From contig JBHLLU010000042.1 in assembly GCA_048938895.1 (NCBI GenBank), forward strand, positions 1-36,050: DNA of 36,050 bases. The letters run 5' to 3'. The notes under the pieces are model-generated. The model worked only from the letters and a program-made list of their open reading frames with translations, had not been told where the DNA came from and did not search any database. Each line of letters opens with the position of its first letter. The stretch's first letter is position 1. This document shows positions 27,855-36,050 of the stretch, piece after piece. The translations under genes and the position numbers were made by a program. This DNA comes from Promethearchaeota archaeon. GTDB taxonomy: Archaea; Asgardarchaeota; Lokiarchaeia; Sigyniarchaeales; SOKP01.

Positions 27855-28256
27855 CTAGAACTGATACATAAATTTTAAAAGTCCATTATCCAACTCAGCA
27901 AACTCACGTGGAGTTATCCCGTGCAGTAGTGCCGTGTGAAACAGCCTAATTTTCATTTCAATTGATGTTGCTGAAGATTTGTTATTGTGAATCTTACTGA
28001 TTAAATCTTTAAACATCTCATAGATAGAGTAATCAGGATCTCTTAGCATCCCAAAATATCCTCCAAATGCTAAAAACATGTTAGACATAAGCTCTATCTC
28101 CTCTGTTGTATTATTTACATAGCATTCTGGGCAAAGAACACCAATATTAAGCCCCTCTTGAAAAGCTGCAGCCTCTTGTGTTATCTCCCTATGACATATC
28201 CCACACTTTACAGTATCGTGGAAGTATTTACTCTTAAATTTTAAACTAACAACCAT
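27855..28256 (-). CDS. Hypothetical protein with N-terminal CxxC...CxxC zinc knuckles
   Basis: CGIC...CPEC followed by a helical domain. ATG 28256 follows an AGTGAT RBS. Co-oriented 28 nt upstream of the C6HC gene. Confidence 0.75.
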   Translation of the reverse strand: MVVSLKFKSKYFHDTVKCGICHREITQEAAAFQEGLNIGVLCPECYVNNTTEEIELMSNMFLAFGGYFGMLRDPDYSIYEMFKDLISKIHNNKSSATSIEMKIRLFHTALLHGITPREFAELDNGLLKFMYQF

Positions 28257-28489
28257 ATTTTTTATCACTTTTTTCTGTATTAAATAAAGTAAGTGCAGAG
28301 TTTATTTTATAGTTTTTCAATGTGAACTTTTCTTAGACTTCGAGACTAGAACTAGATTCTTAATTAATTTTGCTTAAACTCTCATAATTCAAGAGCTAAA
28401 AAAGACAGAAGACCAAGGAAAATTTCGACCATAAATTTACCATGAAAAATTTATTTAATCCCAAATGAAATCAATACTTGGTAATTAAA

Positions 28490-29116
28490 ATGACGAATTA
28501 TGGAGAAATTTCGACTAAGAATTTGACTGTAGAAAAGATAAAAGCACTCCCTTTTCATGAAATTATGGATTTATTTAAAACCTTATCATCTGCTAGTTTT
28601 GAGGAAATGGATGGGGAATATGATAGTATAATGGTTGGTTTTATATCAGAAAAAAACGAAAAGGGTTCTTTATGGTGGCTTTATGATACTGAGAGGGGAT
28701 ATTGGCTAGGTAAAGCATTTACTCCTTCAAATAAACAAGAATTGAAAGGGGAAGGATATAATAGATGGAAGATTGAGGGAAAGGAAGAACATCATATGCG
28801 ATTTCTCACAAAAATATGTGAATCGTTAATAGATAGTAAGCCGACTTTTCAATTGAAATATGCATCCTTCAAGAATGATGGGGGAATAGTTGATATGACA
28901 GATGAAGTCAGAAAGATTCGCAAAGGATTATACCTCTGTGCTGGCATGGCAGGTGTTGAGAAACTTCCTCCTGATTTTTTCTGCCTATTTGGTCCTGTCA
29001 ATAAATATCAGTACCATTCAGAATGGAAATATGGGGATGAGGTTAATAATTATTCAGAAAAAAGAGCATCATATAAGAATTATCCATTTCCTGAAGATTT
29101 CCAACAAAATAAATAA
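28490..29116 (+). CDS. Hypothetical protein (WLGKAF...GYNRW...DEVRK..GLYL), possibly a beta-barrel lipid-pathway associated protein
   Basis: ORF directly upstream of the acyl-CoA dehydrogenase. The family assignment is tentative. ATG 28490 is preferred. Confidence 0.7.
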   Translation: MTNYGEISTKNLTVEKIKALPFHEIMDLFKTLSSASFEEMDGEYDSIMVGFISEKNEKGSLWWLYDTERGYWLGKAFTPSNKQELKGEGYNRWKIEGKEEHHMRFLTKICESLIDSKPTFQLKYASFKNDGGIVDMTDEVRKIRKGLYLCAGMAGVEKLPPDFFCLFGPVNKYQYHSEWKYGDEVNNYSEKRASYKNYPFPEDFQQNK

Positions 29117-29217
29117 TTCCATCCCAAATCTCAAAATCTAATATATTATTCTACTTTAATCTTAAATATAGATTCTATAAAGTTTTCACATTTTACTTAA
29201 AAATAAAAAGGGATTCT

Positions 29218-30447
29218 ATGAATAAAGACGGACATATTAATTTTGAAGATCTTAATTTCCAGTACGGGGAGAGTATGACCCCAGGAAGTCTTTTTATGTT
29301 TACTGATGAAGAAAATGAATTTCGTCAAGAAATTAGAGAATATGCTCAAAAAGAAATCGATCCTCATGTAGCTCAAATTGATCGAGAACATAATGTAGAA
29401 TTGACAGTAAAACTTGTACACAAGTTGGGGAAGAAATATTTTCCTTTAGCATTTCCAAAGGAAATAGGAGGATTTGGAAAAGGAACCGTATATAGAATGA
29501 TATTCGGGGAAGAGCTTTCTGCAGTTCATTACCCTACTGCGGTTATTTATGGATGTAGCTGCAATCTTTTTGGGGTACCTATTATTCATTTTGGGACTAA
29601 AGAACAACATGAGAAGTTTTTAAAACCAATAATGGATGGAAGTGCTCTTGGAGCTTTAGGTATTACAGAACCAACGGCAGGAAGTGATGCTGTTGGAGGA
29701 ATCCGTACAACTGCCGTAAAAAAGGGAGATAAATATATTATCAATGGAGAGAAAAGATTCATTACAAACGGGAGTATCGCAAAATATATACTTCTATACT
29801 GTATTACAAATCCTAATGTTCACCCTAGAGAAGGTATAAGTGCTATTGTATTTCCAACTGACATTCCTGGATTTGAGGTAGTGAAAGATTACGATTTAAT
29901 GGGTCGAAGAGGGTGTGTGAATTCTCATTTAAAATTTCATAATTGCGAAGTTCCTGTAGAAAACTTAATTGGAAACGAAAATGAAGGTGTAAGCGTCATG
30001 TTGTATGGTCTTGATGCGGAGAGAGTGTTTGTTGGAAGTCAGTATTTAGGAATATCACGTTCAGCTTTTGAAATCGCTTCTAAATATTCATCTCTACGAG
30101 TACAATTTAAAAAAGAACTTAGAAGATTTGAAGGAATTAGTTTTAAAATAGCTGAAATGTATATGAATATCGAAGCAGGGAGATTGATGCTCTTGAGAGC
30201 AGCTAGGATGATTGATGAGAATATATCCGCCACGAAGGAAGCGGGAGCGGCAAAATGTTTAGTAAGTGATAATGCGGTAAAGATTGTCAGCGATGCATTA
30301 CAAGTTGTTGGTGGAATAGGATACACTAAAGAATTTCCTCTTGAGCGTTATTATAGAGATGTAAGAATAGCTCAAATTGGGGGTGGCACAGCAGAAATTC
30401 TAAGGTATCTTATACAAAGAGAAATTTATAATAACCTTCAATTTTAG
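29218..30447 (+). CDS. Acyl-CoA dehydrogenase (isovaleryl-CoA/long-chain DH-type catalytic arrangement)
   Basis: ITEPTAGSD, NGEKRFITNG, GLDAERV, QVVGGIGY and RDVRIAQIGGGT motifs. Confidence 0.95.
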   Translation: MNKDGHINFEDLNFQYGESMTPGSLFMFTDEENEFRQEIREYAQKEIDPHVAQIDREHNVELTVKLVHKLGKKYFPLAFPKEIGGFGKGTVYRMIFGEELSAVHYPTAVIYGCSCNLFGVPIIHFGTKEQHEKFLKPIMDGSALGALGITEPTAGSDAVGGIRTTAVKKGDKYIINGEKRFITNGSIAKYILLYCITNPNVHPREGISAIVFPTDIPGFEVVKDYDLMGRRGCVNSHLKFHNCEVPVENLIGNENEGVSVMLYGLDAERVFVGSQYLGISRSAFEIASKYSSLRVQFKKELRRFEGISFKIAEMYMNIEAGRLMLLRAARMIDENISATKEAGAAKCLVSDNAVKIVSDALQVVGGIGYTKEFPLERYYRDVRIAQIGGGTAEILRYLIQREIYNNLQF

Positions 30448-30460
30448 AAGAGCAAAAGTT

Positions 30461-30940
30461 TTATTTTTGAAAAATCATAGTATCTGGAATCTTAACCGCG
30501 ATAACTTCTCCTTGGGCACATAATACATCAGCAGCAAATACTTTCACCTCACTTGTAACTTTTCGACCTTTAACTTCTTTCACATTCGCAATTAATGTTA
30601 ATTCTTCTTCGATTGGTGTAGGTTTTAAAAAATCCACATGAAGAGAGGCAGTTACAAATCTTAATTCTGGTTCTGTTCCCATTTTTCGTCCCTCAGCTTT
30701 GTAAGCAGCTGCAGCTGCAGTTCCGGTACCGTGACAGTCAATTAAGGAAGCTATTAAACCACCATTTACAAATCCTGGGAATGAAATATAAAACGACTTC
30801 GGTGTAAAGTGAGCAACACTTTTTTCCTCTTCTTCGTTCCAATAACTCTTTAATTTCAAACCAGAATCATTCAATCTCCCACACCCATAACATTGACTCA
30901 TCGATTCTGAATAAAAATCTTGAATAGCTTTTTTTTCCAT
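30461..30940 (-). CDS. PaaI-like hotdog thioesterase
   Basis: CYGCG..N..GL, PGFVNGGLIASLIDCH and FVTASLHVDFLKPTP motifs. Confidence 0.9.
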   Translation of the reverse strand: MEKKAIQDFYSESMSQCYGCGRLNDSGLKLKSYWNEEEEKSVAHFTPKSFYISFPGFVNGGLIASLIDCHGTGTAAAAAYKAEGRKMGTEPELRFVTASLHVDFLKPTPIEEELTLIANVKEVKGRKVTSEVKVFAADVLCAQGEVIAVKIPDTMIFQK

Positions 30941-31065
30941 AGTTTAAACTCTCCTTGAAAACTAAAAGTTTGCATATTGTAAAAATTTAGTCCTAATAGG
31001 TTTTTATATTATACAAAAATGTTGAATAGTAACCAAATATTTTTAACAAAAAAGGCGAAATAGCG

Positions 31066-33150
31066 ATGAAAAGAACTACAATTTTAAATAAGAAAAGTTA
31101 CCTTCTTATAATTCTATTAATTGGTTTAGCTTTAGGGTCTTTCATGTTCACTGTAAAAGCAAGTCCTTATGATTTTGCTGAGGAAGTAGATCAACTTAAA
31201 GAAAAAGTCTCCAACTCACCCATTGAGTGTTGGAGATGGCCATCAGAATGTCGTAAAGACTGGATGATTCACAAACTAGATAGACTGATGGAGTTAATCT
31301 TTGATGAAAAATATTCATGGGCTTATTTGAAATTGCTTTATGATATTAAACCAAAATTAACTGGATTAAAGACAGATGAAAATGAAGAAAATTGGGGATT
31401 CTTTAGTTTTTACTGGGCATGGATTGATTGTGAAGCGTTGAAAGAAGAGTTTAGATTAGACTGTAATAGGCTTTTGTCTCACCTTAAATTAGGTGCTGAG
31501 TATGATGATGACATTTCTGCTCCTTTTATTTCAATTACATATAGTGGGTCTGGAACTATTAACGATCCCGGAACGTGGCATATTGTAGTCGAAGATCCTG
31601 AATCAGGAATAGCTGGTATACAAATTTTAGTGGATGGTGAAGAGAAATATAATAATCAGGCACTTGCTGGAATCTTAGAGTTTACTTATGACGAATCTGT
31701 TCCGATAGTAGTTGGTGAGCATACAATAACAGTTAATGCTGTGAATAACGACAACGATGGTGAGAATGATGAAGAATCAGCAACTGAAAGTGAGTGGGTT
31801 GACATCATAGGTGATACAATCCCACCAAGCATAAATAATCCTGCTGATATTGAATATGAAATCGGAAGCATTGGAAATTCAATAAGTTGGATTGTTGCTG
31901 ATGAGAATCCAGATACATTCACTATTTTATTAGATGGATCCTCTTTTGGAAGTGGAACCTGGGAATCCGGAATACCTATAGAGATAATTGCCGATGGACT
32001 TTCCATCGGTGTTCATGAATTCTTGATTTCTGTTTATGATACATATGATAATTACATTGAAGATGTTGTGTTAGTAAATGTTATTGATACAACTCCCGGT
32101 GAAGAACCTGCAGATGAAACACCACCAACAATCTCTATTAACTATGCAGGTGAATACCATACTGATGACCCAGGAATTTGGACTGTGAATGTAGAAGACC
32201 TTGAATCGGGACTCTATGAGGTGCAAATAATTGTTTTTAATGCGACAGGATACATAGAATACACGTTTACTGATCAAAATATTCTTGGTATCCCCTCTAT
32301 ATCTTATGATATCAACGTTCCCGCAATTGAAGGTACTCACACGATTGAAGTAACTGCGATAAATGCGGGTCAATTAGTATATACAACAAGCGATTGGGTT
32401 GATATACAACCACCACCCCCTGAACCACCTGGACCACCACCTGGACCGCCACCTATAGATGCTACTCCACCTTCAATCTCTATTAATTACGTTGGGGAAT
32501 ATCACACTGAAAATCCGGGATATTGGAATGTATATATTGAAGATCAGGAATCAGGGCTTGATGAGGTATCTATTGTTGTTTTTAATTCAACTGGATATGT
32601 TGAATACACATTTTTAGATCAGAACCTTAATGGGATTTCTTCAAAATCTTATGATGTAGATGTCCCCCCAATTTTAGGAACACATACAATTGAAATAACA
32701 GCAGTAAATTTTGATCAATACGCAGATACAACGAGTCTATGGGTTATTATCGACCCACCCCCATCACCAGAACCCCCACCTATACCCCCACCTCCTGGGG
32801 AAGAACCTGGAGATGAAACACCACCAACAATCTCTATTAACTATGCAGGTGAATTTCATACTGATGATCCAGGAATTTGGACTGTGAATGTAGAAGACCT
32901 TGAATCGGGACTCTATGAGGTGCAAATTATTGTTTTTAATGCGACAGGATACATAGAATACACGTTTACTGATCAAAATATTCTTGGTATCCCCTCTATA
33001 TCTTATGATATCAACGTTCCCGCAATAGAAGGAACTCATACCATACAAGTTACTGCTATGAATCCTGGGCAATTTGCATATACGACTAGCCATTGGGTAG
33101 AAATATTTCCACCCCCTCCAGATCCAGGTCCTCCACCAATAATCGGCTAA
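31066..33150 (+). CDS. Secreted/cell-surface protein with helical N-domain, acidic Ig-like beta-sandwich repeats and polyproline linkers
   Basis: Basic + hydrophobic signal peptide ending VKA, repeated D.TPP.ISI.Y.G...PG.W.V.VED.ESG...GTHTI.VTA.N units, and PPPPEPPGPPPGPPP linkers. Confidence 0.85.
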   Translation: MKRTTILNKKSYLLIILLIGLALGSFMFTVKASPYDFAEEVDQLKEKVSNSPIECWRWPSECRKDWMIHKLDRLMELIFDEKYSWAYLKLLYDIKPKLTGLKTDENEENWGFFSFYWAWIDCEALKEEFRLDCNRLLSHLKLGAEYDDDISAPFISITYSGSGTINDPGTWHIVVEDPESGIAGIQILVDGEEKYNNQALAGILEFTYDESVPIVVGEHTITVNAVNNDNDGENDEESATESEWVDIIGDTIPPSINNPADIEYEIGSIGNSISWIVADENPDTFTILLDGSSFGSGTWESGIPIEIIADGLSIGVHEFLISVYDTYDNYIEDVVLVNVIDTTPGEEPADETPPTISINYAGEYHTDDPGIWTVNVEDLESGLYEVQIIVFNATGYIEYTFTDQNILGIPSISYDINVPAIEGTHTIEVTAINAGQLVYTTSDWVDIQPPPPEPPGPPPGPPPIDATPPSISINYVGEYHTENPGYWNVYIEDQESGLDEVSIVVFNSTGYVEYTFLDQNLNGISSKSYDVDVPPILGTHTIEITAVNFDQYADTTSLWVIIDPPPSPEPPPIPPPPGEEPGDETPPTISINYAGEFHTDDPGIWTVNVEDLESGLYEVQIIVFNATGYIEYTFTDQNILGIPSISYDINVPAIEGTHTIQVTAMNPGQFAYTTSHWVEIFPPPPDPGPPPIIG
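32101..32327 (+). repeat. Direct repeat copy 1 (227 bp) within the surface protein gene
   Basis: Matches 32800-33026 (offset 699 nt) with 5 mismatches by manual comparison. Confidence 0.92.
32800..33026 (+). repeat. Direct repeat copy 2 (227 bp) within the surface protein gene
   Basis: Matches 32101-32327. A more diverged in-frame unit lies between the two copies. Confidence 0.92.
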
Positions 33151-33184
33151 ATTACATTTATAGAGAAAATAAAAACTTCTACCA

Positions 33185-33210
33185 TTCTTTTTTTTTTATT
33201 ATTTTTTTTT
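33185..33210 (+). terminator. T-tract archaeal-type terminator
   Basis: TTCTTTTTTTTTTATTATTTTTTTTT about 35 nt after the stop of 31066-33150. Confidence 0.5.
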
Positions 33211-33280
33211 CAATAAATAATAAATAAATTTTGATAATAACTCATCTAACACGAATTTATCTTATTTTTCTCTTATTCTA

Positions 33281-33350
33281 TAAAAACGTAATATTTAAAT
33301 ATGTAAATTAATACATATTAATAAGGGATTGTAAAGTCGCGGTTGACAAT
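33281..33350 (+). promoter_or_regulatory. Putative grpE-dnaK promoter (A-rich BRE + TTTAAATA TATA box) followed by an imperfect inverted repeat
   Basis: TTTAAATA at 33294-33301 and ATTGTAAA-N7-TTGACAAT at 33328-33350. Confidence 0.35.
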
Positions 33351-33410
33351 AAACATTTCCTAACAAAAAAAAATTAAAAATGTGAGTTTAAATAATCAAA
33401 AAGTAAAAAA

Positions 33411-34142
33411 ATGATGTATGGACCAAGAAAAGGTAATGGAACAAGGAGATCCATGATGTTTGAGAATAATTACAATAGGCAAAGACCATCAGAATCTATT
33501 ATAATTACCAAAAAAGAATATGATTCTCTCAAGGCAAAAGCTAAGAAGTATGAAGCGCTTGTGGAAGAACACAAAAAAGTGAAAACCTGGAATGATCAAC
33601 TGATGAAAGAAATGGATGATTTGAAAGAAGATGCTCGAAACTTTAAGGAATTGGAAGAAGAAAAGGAGAAATTTTTACGTTCACTTTTACAAGTACGAGC
33701 TGATTTCGATAATTACAAAAAACGTCAAGAGCGAGAGAACTCTAATTACAAGCAATATGTTTTAGAGGGACTCTTGAGAAAACTAGTAGGTCATTATGAT
33801 GATCTTATACGAGCTCATAATCAATTAAAGATGTTTGAGGGTGCTGAAGGTATGGCAAAGGGCTTTGAAATAATTATAAAGAATTTCAAGAAAGCCATGG
33901 AAGAGGAAGGAGTTCGACCAATGGAATCAGAAGGTCAAAAATTTGATCCCTACAAACACGAAGCTATGATGGTTGAGGAGGGACGAGATGATCTTCCTGA
34001 AAATACAATAATTGAAGTATTAGATAACGGATATTTTTTAAATAATAAGGTTTTAAGACCGGCAAAGGTCAAAATTTCAAAAAAATCAAAATTACCAAAT
34101 TTAAACGAAAAAATAAATCAAGATAACAAAATTCAAATTTAA
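33411..34142 (+). CDS. grpE: Nucleotide exchange factor GrpE
   Basis: Coiled coil, then RADFDNYKKR, GQKFDPYKHEAM and GY..NNKVLRPAKVKI. Directly upstream of dnaK. Confidence 0.95.
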   Translation: MMYGPRKGNGTRRSMMFENNYNRQRPSESIIITKKEYDSLKAKAKKYEALVEEHKKVKTWNDQLMKEMDDLKEDARNFKELEEEKEKFLRSLLQVRADFDNYKKRQERENSNYKQYVLEGLLRKLVGHYDDLIRAHNQLKMFEGAEGMAKGFEIIIKNFKKAMEEEGVRPMESEGQKFDPYKHEAMMVEEGRDDLPENTIIEVLDNGYFLNNKVLRPAKVKISKKSKLPNLNEKINQDNKIQI

Positions 34143-34161
34143 AAATAAGGAGTGATATAAT

Positions 34162-36048
34162 ATGGGAAAAATAATAGGAATTGACTTAGGAACTTCAAAC
34201 TCAGCGGCAGCGGTATTAATAGGTGGTAAACCTACAATTATCCCAAGTGCTGAAGGATTAACCTTAGGGGGTAAAGCATTTCCTTCAGTAGTTGCGTTTA
34301 CAAAGGATGGACAAAGACTTATCGGGGAACCAGCAAGAAGACAAGCAGTTTCAAATCCAGATCGTACAATTACAGCGATTAAACGTAAAATGGGTACAAG
34401 CTATACACTAACAATCGATGGCAAGGATTATACACCACAAGAGATTTCAGCAATGATTCTTAGAAAAATCAAAGAAGATTCAAGTGCGTATCTGGGTGAA
34501 GAGGTAACTGATGCAATAATTACAGTACCAGCATATTTTAATGATAACCAAAGACAAGCTACGAAAGATGCGGGAAGGATCGCGGGATTAAATGTAAAAC
34601 GTTTAATTAACGAACCTACAGCCGCAGCCGTAGCTTATGGGTTAGATAAGAAAAATATTAGCTTAAAGATTGCAGTGCTCGATTTAGGTGGAGGTACATT
34701 TGACGTAACAATTATGGAAATGGATAATCAAGTATTTGAAGTGATTTCCACTGCAGGTGATACACAGTTAGGTGGTACAGATATGGATAAATTATTAGTG
34801 GATTTCTTAGTATCTGAATTTCAGAAAAATGAAGGTGTTGATTTAAGAAAAGATTCAATGGCTCTACAGAGAGTCCGTGAAGCTGCAGAGAAAGCGAAAA
34901 TAGAATTATCAAACTCAGTGTCAACTGATATTAATCTACCATATATAACTGCAACAAAAGATGGACCAAAACATCTCAACATGACACTTACTAGGGCAAA
35001 ATTGGAACAACTAATAGATCCAGTATTAAAGAGACTAGATACACCAATTTTAAAAGCTTTGAGAGATGCAGGAATCGCTCGGGGTGAAATTGATAAGATA
35101 ATTTTAGTTGGTGGTCCAACTAGAATGCCAATAGTGCAGAAGAAATTCGAAGATTTATTAGGAAAAGCTCCAGAGCGTAGCATAGATCCAATGGAATGTG
35201 TTGCGATGGGTGCTTCAGTTCAAGGTGGAGTATTAACAGGTGAAGTAGAAGATTTATTACTGCTTGATGTGACTCCTTTATCATTAGGAGTTGAAACATT
35301 AGGTGGAGTCTTCACTAAATTAATTGAGCGAAACACAACAATTCCCACCAATAAGACTCAAATATTCTCAACAGCAGCTGATAATCAACCAGCCGTAGAA
35401 ATTCATGTATTACAAGGTGAAAGACCAAGAGCAGGTGATAATATTACATTAGGCAGATTTCATCTAACAGGTATACCACCAGCACCTAGAGGTATGCCTC
35501 AGATAGAAGTAACGTTTGATATTGACCAAAATGGAATTTTAAACGTTTCTGCTAAAGATAAAGGTACTGGTAAGAGTCAGTCTATTACAATTACAGCCTC
35601 AACCAAAATGTCTGATGATGATATCGAACAAAAAATTAGAGAAGCAGAGAGGAATGCCGATGAGGATAGGAAATTTAAAGAACTCACTGAAGCAAAAAAC
35701 CAAGGAGAAGCATTGATTTACCAAACAGAGAAGTTATTGAATGAGAATGAAGCTGTTATTGGAGACTTGAAATCGATGATACTAGGTAAAATTTCAGAGT
35801 TAAGAAGTGCTATGGAATCTGAGGATGTGGCTAGAATTAAGAGTTCGAGTGAAGCTTTACAAAAATCATTACATGAAGTTTCAGCAAGAATTTATGGACA
35901 ACAACAGGGAGCAGCTCAAGGGTCATATCAAGGAGCCCCACCTGGAGGTATGGGTGATATGCCTGGTCGATCTCAGGATGAGATTGAAGAAGAGCAATTT
36001 AGAAGAGCTACAGGACAAGATGACGTAGTAGATGCTGAGTATGAATAA
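34162..36048 (+). CDS. dnaK: Molecular chaperone DnaK (Hsp70)
   Basis: [48 protein letters not shown] and terminal VVDAEYE motifs. AAGGAGTGAT RBS. Confidence 0.99.
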   Translation: MGKIIGIDLGTSNSAAAVLIGGKPTIIPSAEGLTLGGKAFPSVVAFTKDGQRLIGEPARRQAVSNPDRTITAIKRKMGTSYTLTIDGKDYTPQEISAMILRKIKEDSSAYLGEEVTDAIITVPAYFNDNQRQATKDAGRIAGLNVKRLINEPTAAAVAYGLDKKNISLKIAVLDLGGGTFDVTIMEMDNQVFEVISTAGDTQLGGTDMDKLLVDFLVSEFQKNEGVDLRKDSMALQRVREAAEKAKIELSNSVSTDINLPYITATKDGPKHLNMTLTRAKLEQLIDPVLKRLDTPILKALRDAGIARGEIDKIILVGGPTRMPIVQKKFEDLLGKAPERSIDPMECVAMGASVQGGVLTGEVEDLLLLDVTPLSLGVETLGGVFTKLIERNTTIPTNKTQIFSTAADNQPAVEIHVLQGERPRAGDNITLGRFHLTGIPPAPRGMPQIEVTFDIDQNGILNVSAKDKGTGKSQSITITASTKMSDDDIEQKIREAERNADEDRKFKELTEAKNQGEALIYQTEKLLNENEAVIGDLKSMILGKISELRSAMESEDVARIKSSSEALQKSLHEVSARIYGQQQGAAQGSYQGAPPGGMGDMPGRSQDEIEEEQFRRATGQDDVVDAEYE

Positions 36049-36050
36049 GT

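Noticed and set aside
32101-33026. Near-identical repeat pair as a diversity-generating retroelement TR/VR
   Set aside because: Mismatches are not adenine-specific (C/G, A/T, C/T, C/T, A/T), both copies are in-frame coding modules, and no reverse transcriptase gene is in the window.
33151-33410. CIRCE/HrcA operator upstream of grpE-dnaK
   Set aside because: No TTAGCACTC-N9-GAGTGCTAA is present and there is no hrcA gene in the window.
3505-36028. Remaining short overlapping track ORFs (e.g. 3505-3696, 4686-4901, 6785-6982, 10833-11051, 17161-17385, 17682-17864, 18145-18480, 20327-20509, 20741-21013, 21326-21532, 23910-24116, 24306-24725, 26832-27128, 28902-29141, 29197-29421, 30039-30326, 31686-32006, 32071-32373, 32764-33093, 34712-34924, 34821-35183, 35807-36028)
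   Set aside because: Antisense or alternate-frame shadows of well-supported genes. Similarity among some of them only mirrors the duplicated sense genes.
1-36050. Genome-wide TGA reassignment (genetic code 4 or 25)
   Set aside because: Several complete genes end naturally at TGA (SDRs, CapA-like, DUF362), and only one internal TGA was found.
1-36050. CRISPR array, tRNA/rRNA, transposase or integrase
   Set aside because: No regularly spaced repeats, no GC-rich structured RNA segments and no recombinase motifs were seen.

Overview
This is an AT-rich chromosomal window that looks archaeal, most likely Asgard/Lokiarchaeia-like. That placement is inferred from GGTGA/GGAGG-type RBSs, T-tract terminators, an AbrB-PhoU regulator, lipid-degradation enzymes and many zinc-finger micro-proteins; no marker gene confirms it. 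It mostly encodes metabolic enzymes: a partial type-B carboxylesterase, SCP2-type thiolase, pyruvate kinase, threonine dehydratase, two nitroreductases, two flavin reductases, an aminotransferase, a QueG/reductive-dehalogenase-like Fe-S protein, an OFA-type MFS transporter, two tandem SDRs, a CapA-like phosphoesterase, DUF362, a VOC protein, an FATP-like acyl-CoA ligase, an acyl-CoA dehydrogenase and a hotdog thioesterase. It ends with a secreted repeat/polyproline protein and grpE-dnaK. No rRNA, tRNA, CRISPR array or mobile element was recognised. Four signals are not shown by the ORF track. (1) An MBL-fold hydrolase is continuous except for one in-frame TGA right after its HxHxDH motif. (2) There is a tandem pair of paralogous 46-aa genes with an LNPxY motif that recurs in a third small gene. 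(3) There are two paralogous C6HC (IBR-like) zinc-finger micro-proteins, one unannotated, and a second paralogous RKCxxCGK...LW...YCxxC family. (4) The surface protein contains a near-identical internal DNA repeat. All calls come from manual reading; no database searches were run.
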